Shown: in pieces, positions 39,749 to 54,051 of the stretch | How the letters are laid out: each line of letters begins with the position of its first letter | How positions within the stretch are numbered: position 1 is the first letter of the stretch | Assembly: GCA_025061115.1 (NCBI GenBank) | Contig: JANZKC010000004.1 | Coordinates: 135,171-199,170 of the forward strand | Length of the DNA stretch: 64,000 nucleotides | Reading direction: 5' to 3' | Source: Candidatus Culexmicrobium cathedralense | GTDB taxonomy: Archaea; Thermoproteota; Methanomethylicia; Culexarchaeales; Culexmicrobiaceae | Position numbers and translations under genes: made by a program | The notes under the pieces: generated by a model | Databases searched by the model: none | Told to the model about the DNA's origin: nothing | What the model saw: the letters and a program-made list of their open reading frames with translations, nothing else

Positions 39749-40381
39749 ATGCGTATTAAGGATTCTTCCAGTCTAGTTAGGTGGCTTCGCGACAAGTTGA
39801 GTTCCTGCATTTTTACTTTGAGGACTGTTCGTGGTGGTGGTGAGGTTTTCGGTGACGAGGGTTTGTGGAGTATTCACGGCGTTGAGCTGACTCATTTAAG
39901 GGACGTTGACTTGATTTTGGTTTTTGATGATGTGGACAGGGTTGTTGATGAATATGCTTTTGTTGCTTTGAAGATTGATTACATGGATAAGAAGTCCGAC
40001 CTTGATGGGAAGTTCCTTAGCGCTCTAAAGGGTTTTGAGTTGCTGGTGAAGCTCTATGAGCTTGGCTTTGACGCCGTTGTTTTGTGGCACTACTTTGACT
40101 GGGAGGTTGAGGAGGATGTTGTCCGCAGCTTCTGCTCTAAGGTTGGCGAGGCTGTTGAGAAGTTGCCGCTTCCAGTAATTTACTTGGCGACCAAGGCTTT
40201 GAACAGCAGGGTATTTAAAATATTTAAGCCCTTTGAGGTGGACTCTAGGAGCGACGTTTCAAGTATTGCTCAGTGGATGTCTAATGTCGTTAGGGATTAT
40301 GGGCGGAATCCGCTGCTGATTGCCGGTGGAGATGTTGTTCAGCGCAGGGCGCTGCTGAGGGGTGCGCTTGGCTTAACATAA
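39749..40381 (+). CDS. hypothetical protein, possibly degenerate PD-(D/E)XK fold
   Basis: DVDLIL..FVALKIDY pattern lacks the canonical E-x-K. Confidence 0.5.
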   Translation: MRIKDSSSLVRWLRDKLSSCIFTLRTVRGGGEVFGDEGLWSIHGVELTHLRDVDLILVFDDVDRVVDEYAFVALKIDYMDKKSDLDGKFLSALKGFELLVKLYELGFDAVVLWHYFDWEVEEDVVRSFCSKVGEAVEKLPLPVIYLATKALNSRVFKIFKPFEVDSRSDVSSIAQWMSNVVRDYGRNPLLIAGGDVVQRRALLRGALGLT

Positions 40382-40567
40382 TGCTCTGATGGCTGGCTGT
40401 TGCATTGCACTATTATTGGATGTTTGTTTTTTGCGTTTTTCTCTTTTACTTATTTGATTTAATTTTTAATTTGGGTTTAGCGAAATATTTATTGGTTAGG
40501 TTTGGCTGGTTTAGGGGTAGCCTTATATGTGGGTGAGCAGGTAGCTTAATGTTTTAGGGTGTTGGAT

Positions 40568-40810
40568 ATGGGGAAGAAGTTTAGTATTTTTGATCATGAG
40601 CTTGTTCCTCAGCACATCCTCCTGTCCAAGGAGGAGGCTAAGAAGGTTTTGAGGGAGCTTGGAGTTAAGCCTAATTGCCTTCCTCTTTTGAGGGCTAGTG
40701 ATCCTGCTGCTAGAGCTATTGGAGCTAAGCCTGGAGATATAGTTAAGATCATTAGGCGCAGTCCTACTGCCGGTGAAGCCGTGATTTATAGGTATGTGAT
40801 TCCAGGTTAG
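40568..40810 (+). CDS. rpoH: RNA polymerase subunit Rpo5 (H)
   Basis: HELVPQH, LP..SDP, RRSPTAG, YRYV. Confidence 0.97.
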   Translation: MGKKFSIFDHELVPQHILLSKEEAKKVLRELGVKPNCLPLLRASDPAARAIGAKPGDIVKIIRRSPTAGEAVIYRYVIPG

Positions 40811-40817
40811 GGGGTGC

Positions 40818-43800
40818 TTGGATCTGTCGGGTTTAACTCATGAGGATAGGTGGGTGCTTGTTGATGCTTTCTTTAGGGAGAAGGGGCTTGTAAGGCAGCA
40901 CTTGGACTCGTTTAACGACTTTGTTACTCGAGGCTTGCAGGAAATAATTTCTGAGCAGGGAGTCATTGAAACCGACATTCCTGGCTTGAGCATTAAGCTT
41001 GGCGATATTGAAGTTAGGGAGCCCACTGTCCGTGAGGCTGATGGATCTGAGGAGCCTGTCTACCCGATGGAGGCTAGGCTTAGGAACTTGACCTATGCCT
41101 CGTCGATGTTTTTGACCATGATTCCAGTTGAGGATGGAATTGAGGGGGAGCCCGTTAGAGTTTACATTGGTAGGCTTCCAATAATGGTTAAGTCGATTAA
41201 GTGCAGGCTTCATGGCTTGAGCGAGGAGGAGCTCATTGCTAGAGGTGAGGATCCCGAGGATCCTGGAGGCTACTTCATAATTAATGGCTCCGAGAGGGTT
41301 TTGGTTGCTCAGGAGGATTTGGCTGTTAATCGCATTTTGGTTGATGTTGCCGGCCCAGGCTCTTCGGCCACCCACATTGCTAAGGTGTTTTCCGCAGCTG
41401 CCGGGTATAGGGTTCCAGTTACCATGGAGAGGGTTAAGGATGGAACTCTCCACGTGTCTTTCCCCTCTGTTCCAGGGAGGATTCCGCTAGTTATCTTGAT
41501 GAGAGCTTTGGGTTTGAAGACTGATAGGGAGATTGTTGAAGCCGTTTCGGATGATTTTGAAATTCAGCAGCTTCTCATCCCCTCCATTGAGCAGGCTTCT
41601 GCAATTACAACTGTTGAGGATGCCCTCGACTACATTGGAAATAGAATTGCAATTGGGCAGGCTAGGGACTATAGGGTTCAGAGGGCACGGCAAGTGCTGG
41701 ACAGGTACTTCCTCCCCCACTTGGGCTCGACGCCTAGGGATAGGAAGAAGAAGGCCTACTTCCTAGGGCAGATGGCTGAGAAGCTTTTGGAGCTCGTTTT
41801 GGGTAGGAGGAGGCCTGACGACAAGGATCACTACGCGAATAAGAGGCTTAAGCTTGCAGGAGACCTCCTCATGAGCCTATTTAGAGTTGCATTCAGGAGC
41901 TTCTGCAGGGATGTTAAGTATCAGCTTGAAAGGGCTAGGAGTAGGGGTAGGAGAATTAACATTGCAACTCTCGTTAGAGCTGACGTTATAACTGAGAGGT
42001 TGAGGCACGCATTAGCTACTGGCAATTGGGTTGGAGGTAAGGCTGGAGTCAGCCAGCTTCTAGATAGGACGAACTTCATGTCGACTTTAAGCCACCTAAG
42101 AAGGGTTGTTTCGCCTTTAAGTAGGAGTCAGCCCCACTTTGAAGCTAGAGATCTCCATCCAACCCAGTGGGGTAGGCTTTGCCCAAATGAGACTCCTGAA
42201 GGCCCGAACTGCGGATTGGTTAAGAACTTGGCTTTAATGGCGATAATTTCGGTTGGATTTGATGAGAAGTTCGTTGAGCGCGCGCTTTACAGGCTGGGCG
42301 TTGAGCCTCTTGAGAGGGCTAGGAAGGAGAACATTAAGGGCGCCAAGGTCTTTCTGAACGGCAGGCTAATAGGCATTCACCCGGAGCCTGAAGCGCTGTG
42401 TAGGGAAATTAGGAGCATGAGGAGGGAAGGAAGGCTTTCGCATGAAGTTAACATTGCCCACTACAAGGACGAGCACATCAATGAAGTGTATGTGAACTGC
42501 GACCGGGGGAGGGTTAGGCGGCCGCTGATAGTGGTTGAGGGCGGAGAGGTGAAGTTGAAGAAGGAGCACGTTGACAAGATTAGGCGGGGAGAGTGGTCTT
42601 GGAGCAACTTGATTGAAGAGGGCCTCATAGAGTACTTGGACGCTGAGGAGGAGGAGAACGCGTACATAGCCTTGAATCCGGAGGACGTGACTCCGGAGCA
42701 CACTCACCTTGAAATTGCCCCCGCAACAATTCTTGGAATATGCGCCTCAATAATACCGTACGCTGAGCACAATCAGTCCCCGCGCAACTCCTATGAAGCT
42801 GCAATGGCCAAGCAGGCTTTGGGCCTCTACGCCGCTAACTTCCAGCTGAGAATGGACTCGAGAGCTCACATCCTTCACTATCCTCAGAAGCCCCTCGTCA
42901 GAACTAAGGCGATGAACGTCATCAAGTATGATGAGAGGCCTGCAGGCCAGAACTTCATAGTTGCAATTTTGACGTACAGCGGCTACAACATTGAGGACGC
43001 CCTAATAATTAATAAGTCGGCGATCGAGAGGGGATTAGCCCACTCAACCTTCTTTAGGTGCTATGAGATCGAGGAGAAGAAGTATCCTGGCGGTGAAGTC
43101 GACGTAATTGAGATTCCAGACCCCCAAGTTAGGGGCTATAGGACTGCTGAGGTTTACCAGTTTCTCGGCGAGGATGGAATAATTGAGCCTGAAGTTGAGG
43201 TTACTGGCGGAATGGTTTTGGTTGGTAGAACTAGCCCTCCGCGCTTCCTCGAGGAGCCTAGGGGCCTTGAAGTTCCAACTAGAATTAGGCGTGAAACTTC
43301 GCTTAGCATGAGGCATGGGGAGAAGGGAGTCGTCGACTCGGTTATGATTACCAAGACTGCCGAGGGAGATAAGCTCGTTAAGGTTAGAGTTAGGGACCAT
43401 AGGGTTCCCGAGCTTGGAGATAAGTTTGCTTCTCGGCATGGGCAGAAGGGAGTTATTGGGCTCATAGTTCCTCAGGAGGACATGCCCTTCACCGAGGATG
43501 GAATAGTTCCTGACTTAATAATTAACCCGCACGCCATTCCATCGAGAATGACTATTGGGCAGCTCATCGAGTCTATTGCAGGTAAGGTAGCCGCCTTGGA
43601 GGGACGATTCGTTGATGGAACTCCATTTAGCGGGGAGAAGGAGGAGGATTTGAGGGAAGCCCTTAAGAGGCTTGGCTTTAAGCCCAGCGGCTGCGAAGTC
43701 ATGTATGATGGTAGAACTGGCCAAATGCTTAAGGCCGAAGTCTTCATTGGAGTTGTCTACTATCAGAAGCTACATCACATGGTTGCTGACAAGATTCATG

Positions 43801-44153
43801 CTAGAGCTAGAGGTCCAGTTCAGATATTGACGAGGCAGCCGACTGAGGGTAGAGCTCGTGAGGGTGGACTTAGGTTTGGAGAGATGGAGAGGGACTGCCT
43901 CATAGGGCATGGGGCAGCCCTACTGTTGAAGGAGAGGCTTCTGGACGAGTCCGACAGAACTGTGGTCTACGTCTGCGAGAACTGCGGCTTCATAGCCTAC
44001 TACGATAGGATAAGGGATAGGTATTACTGCAGGCTATGCGGAGAGAAGGCTAAGGTTTCCCCGGTGGTTATGTCCTATGCCTTCAAGCTCCTCCTCCAGG
44101 AGCTCATGAGCCTATGCATTGCTCCGAGATTAATTTTGGGTGAGAAGGTTTAG
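40818..44153 (+). CDS. rpoB: RNA polymerase subunit Rpo2 (B), unsplit
   Basis: [39 protein letters not shown]. Confidence 0.99.
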   Translation: MDLSGLTHEDRWVLVDAFFREKGLVRQHLDSFNDFVTRGLQEIISEQGVIETDIPGLSIKLGDIEVREPTVREADGSEEPVYPMEARLRNLTYASSMFLTMIPVEDGIEGEPVRVYIGRLPIMVKSIKCRLHGLSEEELIARGEDPEDPGGYFIINGSERVLVAQEDLAVNRILVDVAGPGSSATHIAKVFSAAAGYRVPVTMERVKDGTLHVSFPSVPGRIPLVILMRALGLKTDREIVEAVSDDFEIQQLLIPSIEQASAITTVEDALDYIGNRIAIGQARDYRVQRARQVLDRYFLPHLGSTPRDRKKKAYFLGQMAEKLLELVLGRRRPDDKDHYANKRLKLAGDLLMSLFRVAFRSFCRDVKYQLERARSRGRRINIATLVRADVITERLRHALATGNWVGGKAGVSQLLDRTNFMSTLSHLRRVVSPLSRSQPHFEARDLHPTQWGRLCPNETPEGPNCGLVKNLALMAIISVGFDEKFVERALYRLGVEPLERARKENIKGAKVFLNGRLIGIHPEPEALCREIRSMRREGRLSHEVNIAHYKDEHINEVYVNCDRGRVRRPLIVVEGGEVKLKKEHVDKIRRGEWSWSNLIEEGLIEYLDAEEEENAYIALNPEDVTPEHTHLEIAPATILGICASIIPYAEHNQSPRNSYEAAMAKQALGLYAANFQLRMDSRAHILHYPQKPLVRTKAMNVIKYDERPAGQNFIVAILTYSGYNIEDALIINKSAIERGLAHSTFFRCYEIEEKKYPGGEVDVIEIPDPQVRGYRTAEVYQFLGEDGIIEPEVEVTGGMVLVGRTSPPRFLEEPRGLEVPTRIRRETSLSMRHGEKGVVDSVMITKTAEGDKLVKVRVRDHRVPELGDKFASRHGQKGVIGLIVPQEDMPFTEDGIVPDLIINPHAIPSRMTIGQLIESIAGKVAALEGRFVDGTPFSGEKEEDLREALKRLGFKPSGCEVMYDGRTGQMLKAEVFIGVVYYQKLHHMVADKIHARARGPVQILTRQPTEGRAREGGLRFGEMERDCLIGHGAALLLKERLLDESDRTVVYVCENCGFIAYYDRIRDRYYCRLCGEKAKVSPVVMSYAFKLLLQELMSLCIAPRLILGEKV

Positions 44154-44165
44154 GGGTGAGGTGCT

Positions 44166-47989
<3,824 letters not shown>

Positions 47990-48098
47990 AAATATGGTTA
48001 TATAAGTTAGCCTAAACGGTGTTCCCGAACTTTGAAGGTGAGGCAGTCAATAAGTAGAGCGTAGCACCTTAGACAAATTAGTGGTGGAGTGTGCATTC

Positions 48099-48413
48099 AT
48101 GCCAATAGACTTAGAGAGGGAATTAAAAATTGCATTGAAAACCGGTAAGGTGGCGCTCGGCTCGAATTCAGCAATTAAGTATGCTAAGCTTGGGAAGGGG
48201 AAGCTAATCATACTTGCTTCCAACTGCCCAAGCGATATTAAGAGCGACATATTATATTACTCTAAGCTATCCAAAATTCCCGTCTACGTATTTCCGGGCT
48301 CCAGCTGGGAGCTCGGCTCTATTTGCCGTAAGCCCTTCATGGTAGCTGCTTTGACTATTCTCGATCCAGGGGACTCGGAAATATTGATGCTAGTTGAGGA
48401 GGGGGAGGGGTAG
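48099..48413 (+). CDS. rpl30e: 50S ribosomal protein L30e
   Basis: KTGKV.LG, ASNCP, ELG..C.KPF, DPGDS; canonical position. Confidence 0.96.
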   Translation: MPIDLERELKIALKTGKVALGSNSAIKYAKLGKGKLIILASNCPSDIKSDILYYSKLSKIPVYVFPGSSWELGSICRKPFMVAALTILDPGDSEILMLVEEGEG

Positions 48414-48416
48414 AAT

Positions 48417-48851
48417 ATACCCTCAATAAGGTTGACTGCTGAGGAAATGCGGTACATCACCCTATTCGAAAGCCTAACTGGAGCTGTAACTCGGGACTGC
48501 ATTATCGACGCCAAGCTTAACAGGCTCATTTTCATAGTGAAGCCGGGGGACATGGGGCTGGCAATTGGAAAGAGGGGAGTGAACGTTAAGCGGCTTCAAA
48601 AAATGCTTGGAAAGGCCATTGAAGTGGTTGAGTACGCTGAATCCCCTGAAGACCTCATTAAGAACAGCCTTTCTCCAGCTAGGGTTCGTGCAGTTAAGAT
48701 TTCCAAGTCTCCTAATGGAAGGAAGATCGCCTACGTTACCATTGAGCCTCAGGACAAGGGGATTGCAATTGGGAGGGAAGGCAAGAATATTGCTAGGGCG
48801 AGGATGATTGCTAAGCGATACTTCGACATTGACCACGTAGTTATAGTTTAG
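48417..48851 (+). CDS. nusA: archaeal NusA (two KH domains)
   Basis: AIGKRG and AIGREG KH loops; canonical position; start is ATA 48417 or TTG 48432. Confidence 0.95.
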   Translation: MPSIRLTAEEMRYITLFESLTGAVTRDCIIDAKLNRLIFIVKPGDMGLAIGKRGVNVKRLQKMLGKAIEVVEYAESPEDLIKNSLSPARVRAVKISKSPNGRKIAYVTIEPQDKGIAIGREGKNIARARMIAKRYFDIDHVVIV

Positions 48852-48905
48852 AATTCATGCTTCTCGCTCGGCAACGCCTATATTTTCATTCAGCCATAAA
48901 CTCGG

Positions 48906-49628
48906 TTGGGTGCATTTATGATTTACATCTCGCCTAGAGCTCATGTTGCGAACTGCCTCTTCGAAGGCATGGCTGCCATTTTGGGTGAAACTCGGATTGG
49001 CGAGGGGAGCTTCATAGGATTTGGGTCGATCATAGGATACCCGGTGAGAGCTTCATTGAAGCTTCTAATATCCAGAAAGCTTGTTGATTTCAAGCATTAT
49101 GATGAGCTGAGCTCCGGATCGATTTTGGGTAGAGGCTGCCTCCTAAGATCGGGGGCGGTGATCTACGAGAATGTCAGGATTGGCGATAACTTGGAGACCG
49201 GCCACCGCGTGCTTGTGAGGGAGAACACCGTGATTGGAAGTAATGTTAGAATTGGAACGAACACCATAATTGACGGGGGAGTTAGGATTGGCGATGATGT
49301 GAACATTCAATCCAGCGTGTACATTCCCCCTAGATGCGTTATTGAGGATGGGGTTTTCATTGGCCCAAGGGCTTGCTTAACCAATGACAGGTATCCTCCA
49401 AGTGAGAGGCTTGAGGGCGTGGTGGTGAAGCGGGGGGCGGTGATTGGAGCGAATTCAACGTTGATTTCAGGGGTTGTGGTGGGTGAGGAAGCTGTAGTTG
49501 CTGCTGGGGCAGTTGTTACTAAAAGTGTTCCTCCAAGAACTGTTGTTGCTGGGGTGCCTGCAAAGCCTATTGGAACGTTTAGCGAGTATTGTGAGAAGCG
49601 GGCTAGGTGGGAAAAGGGCTTTAATTAG
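48906..49628 (+). CDS. hexapeptide-repeat (left-handed beta-helix) N-acyltransferase
   Basis: Repeated IG hexapeptides, FIGP..LTND.YP, GAVVTKSVP, GVPAK. Confidence 0.9.
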   Translation: MGAFMIYISPRAHVANCLFEGMAAILGETRIGEGSFIGFGSIIGYPVRASLKLLISRKLVDFKHYDELSSGSILGRGCLLRSGAVIYENVRIGDNLETGHRVLVRENTVIGSNVRIGTNTIIDGGVRIGDDVNIQSSVYIPPRCVIEDGVFIGPRACLTNDRYPPSERLEGVVVKRGAVIGANSTLISGVVVGEEAVVAAGAVVTKSVPPRTVVAGVPAKPIGTFSEYCEKRARWEKGFN

Positions 49629-49639
49629 GTTTGAGCGTG

Positions 49640-50083
49640 CTACCTCATTGGCTTCTGCTTTTTGCCTTGAAGTAGGGCTTTGAGGGAAACTCCATTAACC
49701 TTTATGACCTTATATCTAACTCCCGGCAGGTCTCCATAGGATCTGCCCATGGGGCCTCCAATTCCCTCAATTATGACTTCGTCGTGCTCGTCGACGAAGT
49801 TTAGCGCTCCATCTCCCGGTAGGAATGCGGTTACCTGCTTTCCATTTTTGATTAGCTGAATTCTAACGCATTTTCTTACTGCTGAGTTGGGCTGCCTGCT
49901 CTCTATGCCCACCTTTTCAATCACTATTCCTCTTGCTTGGGGTGCTCCTTCAAGTGGATCTGCCTTAACGTCTAGCATTAGCATTCTCCTCTTGTACTCT
50001 CTCTGGCTCCACCTGAACTTCTTCCTCTTCCTCTTCAGCTTCCTCGCAGCATAGAGGCCCATTGGAGCCTTGGATCCAGGCAT
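49640..50083 (-). CDS. rps12: 30S ribosomal protein S12 (uS12)
   Basis: [23 protein letters not shown]. Confidence 0.99.
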   Translation of the reverse strand: MPGSKAPMGLYAARKLKRKRKKFRWSQREYKRRMLMLDVKADPLEGAPQARGIVIEKVGIESRQPNSAVRKCVRIQLIKNGKQVTAFLPGDGALNFVDEHDEVIIEGIGGPMGRSYGDLPGVRYKVIKVNGVSLKALLQGKKQKPMR

Positions 50084-50204
50084 GATTTCACCTCAATTCT
50101 AGGCTATTGGTGCTATAGCTTGCTCCTAAATAAATTTTCCTTCAATAATTAGCTTAAACTTAACTGAATTACATTTGAGTTGAATGTAAAAAAGGGAGTG
50201 GATT

Positions 50205-51161
50205 TTAGATGTTTTCGCAGCGCTTCTTGAGGTCTTCCCAAACCATGTCCACGTACTCTTGCAGCTGCTTTATTAGGTGCTTGTTTTCGGGCTTGAATAG
50301 GTGTCGGAATCTTCCTTGGGGCTTAAGGAACTCCTCTATTGGCTTCTTCAGCTCCGGCTTCTTGGCTATCGCTAGGCTTCTGTCGGTTAACCTCCATCTT
50401 CCGTTTTCGCATTCCCATAGTGGGAAGTAGCAGGTGTCCACTGCGAGTTTAGCGATTTTGATTGACTGGTTTGTTGGAAGCCGCCACCCTCTTGGGCATG
50501 GGGAGAATGCGTGGATGAATGCCGGCCCATCAACTTCTATGCCTTTCCTCACTTTTCTTACGAGGTCTGCCCAGTGGGCTGGAGTTGCAGTTGCCACGTA
50601 TGGTATTCGGTGGGCTACTGCTATGTCCGCAATGGGCTTTTTGTGCTGCTGCTTTCCAGGTATGGCTGTTCCAGCGGGGGATGTGGTGGTTGCTGCTCCT
50701 AGAGGTGTTCCTCCGCTCCTCTGAATTCCAGTGTTCATATAGGCTTCATTGTCGTATAGTATGTATAGGAAGTCGTGTCCTCTTTCGAATGCGCCGCTTA
50801 GTGCTTGGAGTCCAATGTCGTAGGTTCCGCCGTCTCCAGCGAAGCATATTACGTCTACGTGGTCGTGCTTGTACATGCCTTTCCTCTTGAGCGCCTTTAT
50901 TCCCGACTCGATTCCTGAAGCTACTGCCGCCACGTTTTCGAATGCCACGTGGATCCACGGGAGCTTCCATGAAGTGTATGGGTATATTGTGGTTGCAACT
51001 TCTAGGCATCCGGTTGCATTGGCTAGAATTGTGGGTCCGCGTAGTGCCATTAGTGCTTGCCTTACGATGATTGATGCTCCGCACCCGGCGCAGAGCCTGT
51101 GGCCGGGTAGTAGGAGCTTAGGCTTTTTAGCTAATTCCTTTAAATTTAATTTCAAGCTCAT
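50205..51161 (-). CDS. porB: pyruvate/2-oxoacid:ferredoxin oxidoreductase beta subunit
   Basis: GHRLCAGCG, GDGGTYDIG, DNEAYMNTGIQRS, CPRGW. Confidence 0.95.
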   Translation of the reverse strand: MSLKLNLKELAKKPKLLLPGHRLCAGCGASIIVRQALMALRGPTILANATGCLEVATTIYPYTSWKLPWIHVAFENVAAVASGIESGIKALKRKGMYKHDHVDVICFAGDGGTYDIGLQALSGAFERGHDFLYILYDNEAYMNTGIQRSGGTPLGAATTTSPAGTAIPGKQQHKKPIADIAVAHRIPYVATATPAHWADLVRKVRKGIEVDGPAFIHAFSPCPRGWRLPTNQSIKIAKLAVDTCYFPLWECENGRWRLTDRSLAIAKKPELKKPIEEFLKPQGRFRHLFKPENKHLIKQLQEYVDMVWEDLKKRCENI

Positions 51162-52384
51162 TCTCTCACCCCTATGAATTTTACAGGTTTTTCAACGCGC
51201 TTGGCCTTCAGGACCTCGAATAGGTCGTCGTATACTTGCTTTATCAATTCCGGATGCATGTCCCTGCCTCCGAGGCCGTAGATGTAGTTCACTATCATTG
51301 GCCTTTCAGCTTCGTCGTAGAATGCTGATCGGGTTTCAAGGAATACTGGGCCTCCGAATGCTCCGAAGGGGCCGCACCTATCCAGTACGCCTACGACCTT
51401 GACGTGCTTGAGTGCTTGTATGAGCTCCTCTGCTGGGAATGGCCTGAAGGTTCTTAGCCTCAGCACGCCTGCCTTTAAGCCCTTCTTCCTCAGCTGCTTG
51501 ACTACGCTTCTCACTGTTCCTGCAGTTGATCCTAGAACTATGGTTGCTACTTCTGCGTCTTCAATTCCATAGCAGTCGATGAATCCATCTCCATACTTCC
51601 TGCCGCTTATCTTGGAGTATTCCTCGTTGATCTGCTTTATCACTGCCCTGGCCTTTTCCATGGCTACGTGCTGCTGCATTTTATGCTCGTAGTAGTAGTC
51701 GTATAGGTCTAGTGGGCCGAAGGTCAGCGGCTTATCTGGATCTAGGGCCATTGGAACTTTTCCTAGATATGGAACTTCGATTTCAACTGGCTTTCTAGTT
51801 CCAACGAACTTCCTCACGACCTCGTCTGGCAGGATGTTGACGTTTTGAAGGGTGTGGCTTAGGAGGAACCCATCTAGCATTACCATTACTGGAAGCTGGA
51901 CGTCTGGGTGCTCTCCAATTCTAAATGCTTGAATTATCGTGTCATAGGCTTCCTGCGCGTCCTCCACGTACATTTGAATCCAGCTTGAATCCCTGCAGCC
52001 CATGGAGTCTCCGTGGTCGCAGTGAATACATATTGGGCCTGAGAGCGCCCTGTTAACTATGGCCATCACTATTGGCAGCCTCATGCTTGAGGCTATGTAG
52101 ACTATCTCCCACATTAGGGCAAGCCCATTAGCTGCGGTTGCTGTGAACGTTCGCGCTCCAACTGCTGCTGCTCCAATGCATGTGCTTAGAGCTGAGTGCT
52201 CCGACTCAACTGCGACGAATTCGGTGTCAACTTCGCCATTAGCTACGAACTCCGAGAATCGCTCTACTATTAGGGTTTGAGGCGTTATTGGGTATGCTGC
52301 CACCATGTCTACGTTGCACTGCTTTACGGCCCATGCAACTGCCTCATCACCATTTAGCCCCATAACCACCTGCTTAACTGCCAT
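51158..52384 (-). CDS. porA: pyruvate/2-oxoacid:ferredoxin oxidoreductase alpha subunit
   Basis: AYPITPQT, VESEHSA, NRALSGP, YGLGGRD. Confidence 0.95.
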   Translation of the reverse strand: MAVKQVVMGLNGDEAVAWAVKQCNVDMVAAYPITPQTLIVERFSEFVANGEVDTEFVAVESEHSALSTCIGAAAVGARTFTATAANGLALMWEIVYIASSMRLPIVMAIVNRALSGPICIHCDHGDSMGCRDSSWIQMYVEDAQEAYDTIIQAFRIGEHPDVQLPVMVMLDGFLLSHTLQNVNILPDEVVRKFVGTRKPVEIEVPYLGKVPMALDPDKPLTFGPLDLYDYYYEHKMQQHVAMEKARAVIKQINEEYSKISGRKYGDGFIDCYGIEDAEVATIVLGSTAGTVRSVVKQLRKKGLKAGVLRLRTFRPFPAEELIQALKHVKVVGVLDRCGPFGAFGGPVFLETRSAFYDEAERPMIVNYIYGLGGRDMHPELIKQVYDDLFEVLKAKRVEKPVKFIGVRE

Positions 52385-52394
52385 CTAAATCACC

Positions 52395-52664
52395 TCACTC
52401 CAAAACCATCTCTATGGCTTTAACTGGGCATTCCTCAGCGCAGATTCCGCAGCCCTTGCAGAAGTCGTAGTTTACTTGGACTTTTTCTCCATCCCACTCT
52501 ATGGCGCTGTCTGGGCAGTAAACCCAGCAGGTTAAGCACTTAATGCACTTGCCCTGATCTATTACTGGCTTGAACGTCCTCCAATCTCCAGTTTTAAACT
52601 CGGTTGACAGCTTCCAGCATACTCCTGCAATTGGAACTTCACGCCAACCTTTTAGCTGACTCAT
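52395..52664 (-). CDS. porD: 2-oxoacid:ferredoxin oxidoreductase delta subunit
   Basis: TGDWR and two CxxCxxCxxxCP motifs. Confidence 0.95.
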   Translation of the reverse strand: MSQLKGWREVPIAGVCWKLSTEFKTGDWRTFKPVIDQGKCIKCLTCWVYCPDSAIEWDGEKVQVNYDFCKGCGICAEECPVKAIEMVLE

Positions 52665-53224
52665 GATTCAATCCCCCTAGTTTCATTAAATGACTTCTCA
52701 ACCACCTTGACGTTTAGCTCTCCAATCTTGCCTGGAAATCTCTCCTTGAGAGCTTCGTATACGCTTTCAAGCTTCACTATTCCCGTCGCCTTAACTAGGG
52801 CGCCGAGCATGGCTGTGTTCGTGATTCCCCTTCCTAGAATTTCCACTGCAATGTCGGTTGCAGGCACGACATAGACCTTATAGCCCTTCCCCTTGATGCC
52901 GAGGCTCTCAGCCAGCTCTTCGGGTGTTCCTCTGTAGTTCACGATGATGAGTCCGCCCTCCTTTAGCCCTTCGATAACTGGAATTGACTTTAGGAGGGTT
53001 GGGTCTAGAACTATTACTGCATCTGGATTGTATATTCCGCAGTGTATTTCTATTGGCTCTTCGCTCACTCTAGTGAATGCCATTATTGGCGCCCCCATTC
53101 TTTCAGGTCCAAATGTTGGAAATGACTGGGCGTGCTTTCCCTCCTTAAGGGCAGCTACTGCCAGTAGGTTGCTCGCTGTCCACGCTCCTTGACCGCCTCT
53201 TCCATGCCATCTTACTTCAAACAT
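52661..53224 (-). CDS. porG: 2-oxoacid:ferredoxin oxidoreductase gamma subunit
   Basis: HGRGGQG, FGPERMGAP, NTAMLGA. Confidence 0.95.
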   Translation of the reverse strand: MFEVRWHGRGGQGAWTASNLLAVAALKEGKHAQSFPTFGPERMGAPIMAFTRVSEEPIEIHCGIYNPDAVIVLDPTLLKSIPVIEGLKEGGLIIVNYRGTPEELAESLGIKGKGYKVYVVPATDIAVEILGRGITNTAMLGALVKATGIVKLESVYEALKERFPGKIGELNVKVVEKSFNETRGIES

Positions 53225-53373
53225 GTAAGCCCTCCACAACAATTTTTTACGTCGCGTTTAACCTAACGTAAATAAGGCTTAAGCTTTTCGATGCTGAGGA
53301 GCGAAAGATTTATTGATTTCATATAGAGTTATACCTTGAGCCGTTAGTGGTATTGATTGGGAGATGAGCGCTC

Positions 53374-53955
53374 TTGGGCAAGGCCGTGAAGGTTGATATC
53401 AAGCTGTTCGGCAAGTGGCCGTATGAGGACGTTGAAGTTAGGGATCCGGGGCTTAAAAGGTACATATGCTTAAAGCCAGTCTTCCTTCCGCACACCGGCG
53501 GCAGACATGAGCACAAGCCGTTTGGGAAGGCTGAGGTTCCAATTGTTGAGCGACTGATAAATAAGGTTATGAGGCCCGGGAAGAACATGGGCAAGAAGAC
53601 GCTGGCGACAAACATAGTTAAGCATGCATTTGAAATAATACATTTGAGGACTGGAGAAAATCCAATTCAAGTTCTCGTTAGAGCTCTTGAGAATGCCGCT
53701 CCGAGGGAGGAGACTACTAGGATAGTTTATGGAGGAATAGTTTACCATCAGGCAGTGGACATTTCGCCGATGAGGAGGCTTGATTTGGCGCTGCGCTTCA
53801 TAACTGATGGAGCCAGGAGAGCTTCGTTCAGTAATCCGAAGAGCATTGAAGAGTGCTTGGCTGAGGAGGTCATTCTCGCAGCTAATGGCGACCCTAAGTC
53901 ATATGCTATTCAGAAGAAGGAGGAAATAGAGAGGATAGCTCTATCTTCCAGGTAG
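53374..53955 (+). CDS. rps7: 30S ribosomal protein S7 (uS7)
   Basis: [25 protein letters not shown]. Confidence 0.98.
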   Translation: MGKAVKVDIKLFGKWPYEDVEVRDPGLKRYICLKPVFLPHTGGRHEHKPFGKAEVPIVERLINKVMRPGKNMGKKTLATNIVKHAFEIIHLRTGENPIQVLVRALENAAPREETTRIVYGGIVYHQAVDISPMRRLDLALRFITDGARRASFSNPKSIEECLAEEVILAANGDPKSYAIQKKEEIERIALSSR

Positions 53956-54051
53956 GCTTCAGCCGCTGCTTTTCTCATGGTTTAAACCGCAAAAACCTTA
54001 AATAGCCGGTTTCAAGATTAGTTTCGCCGAAGCACATGGGAGTGATATGAA

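Noticed and set aside
49620-53270. Inverted repeats at the inversion ends (TTAGGTT ~49625 / AACCTAA ~53260)
   Set aside because: Only 7 bp, within chance; no recombinase nearby.
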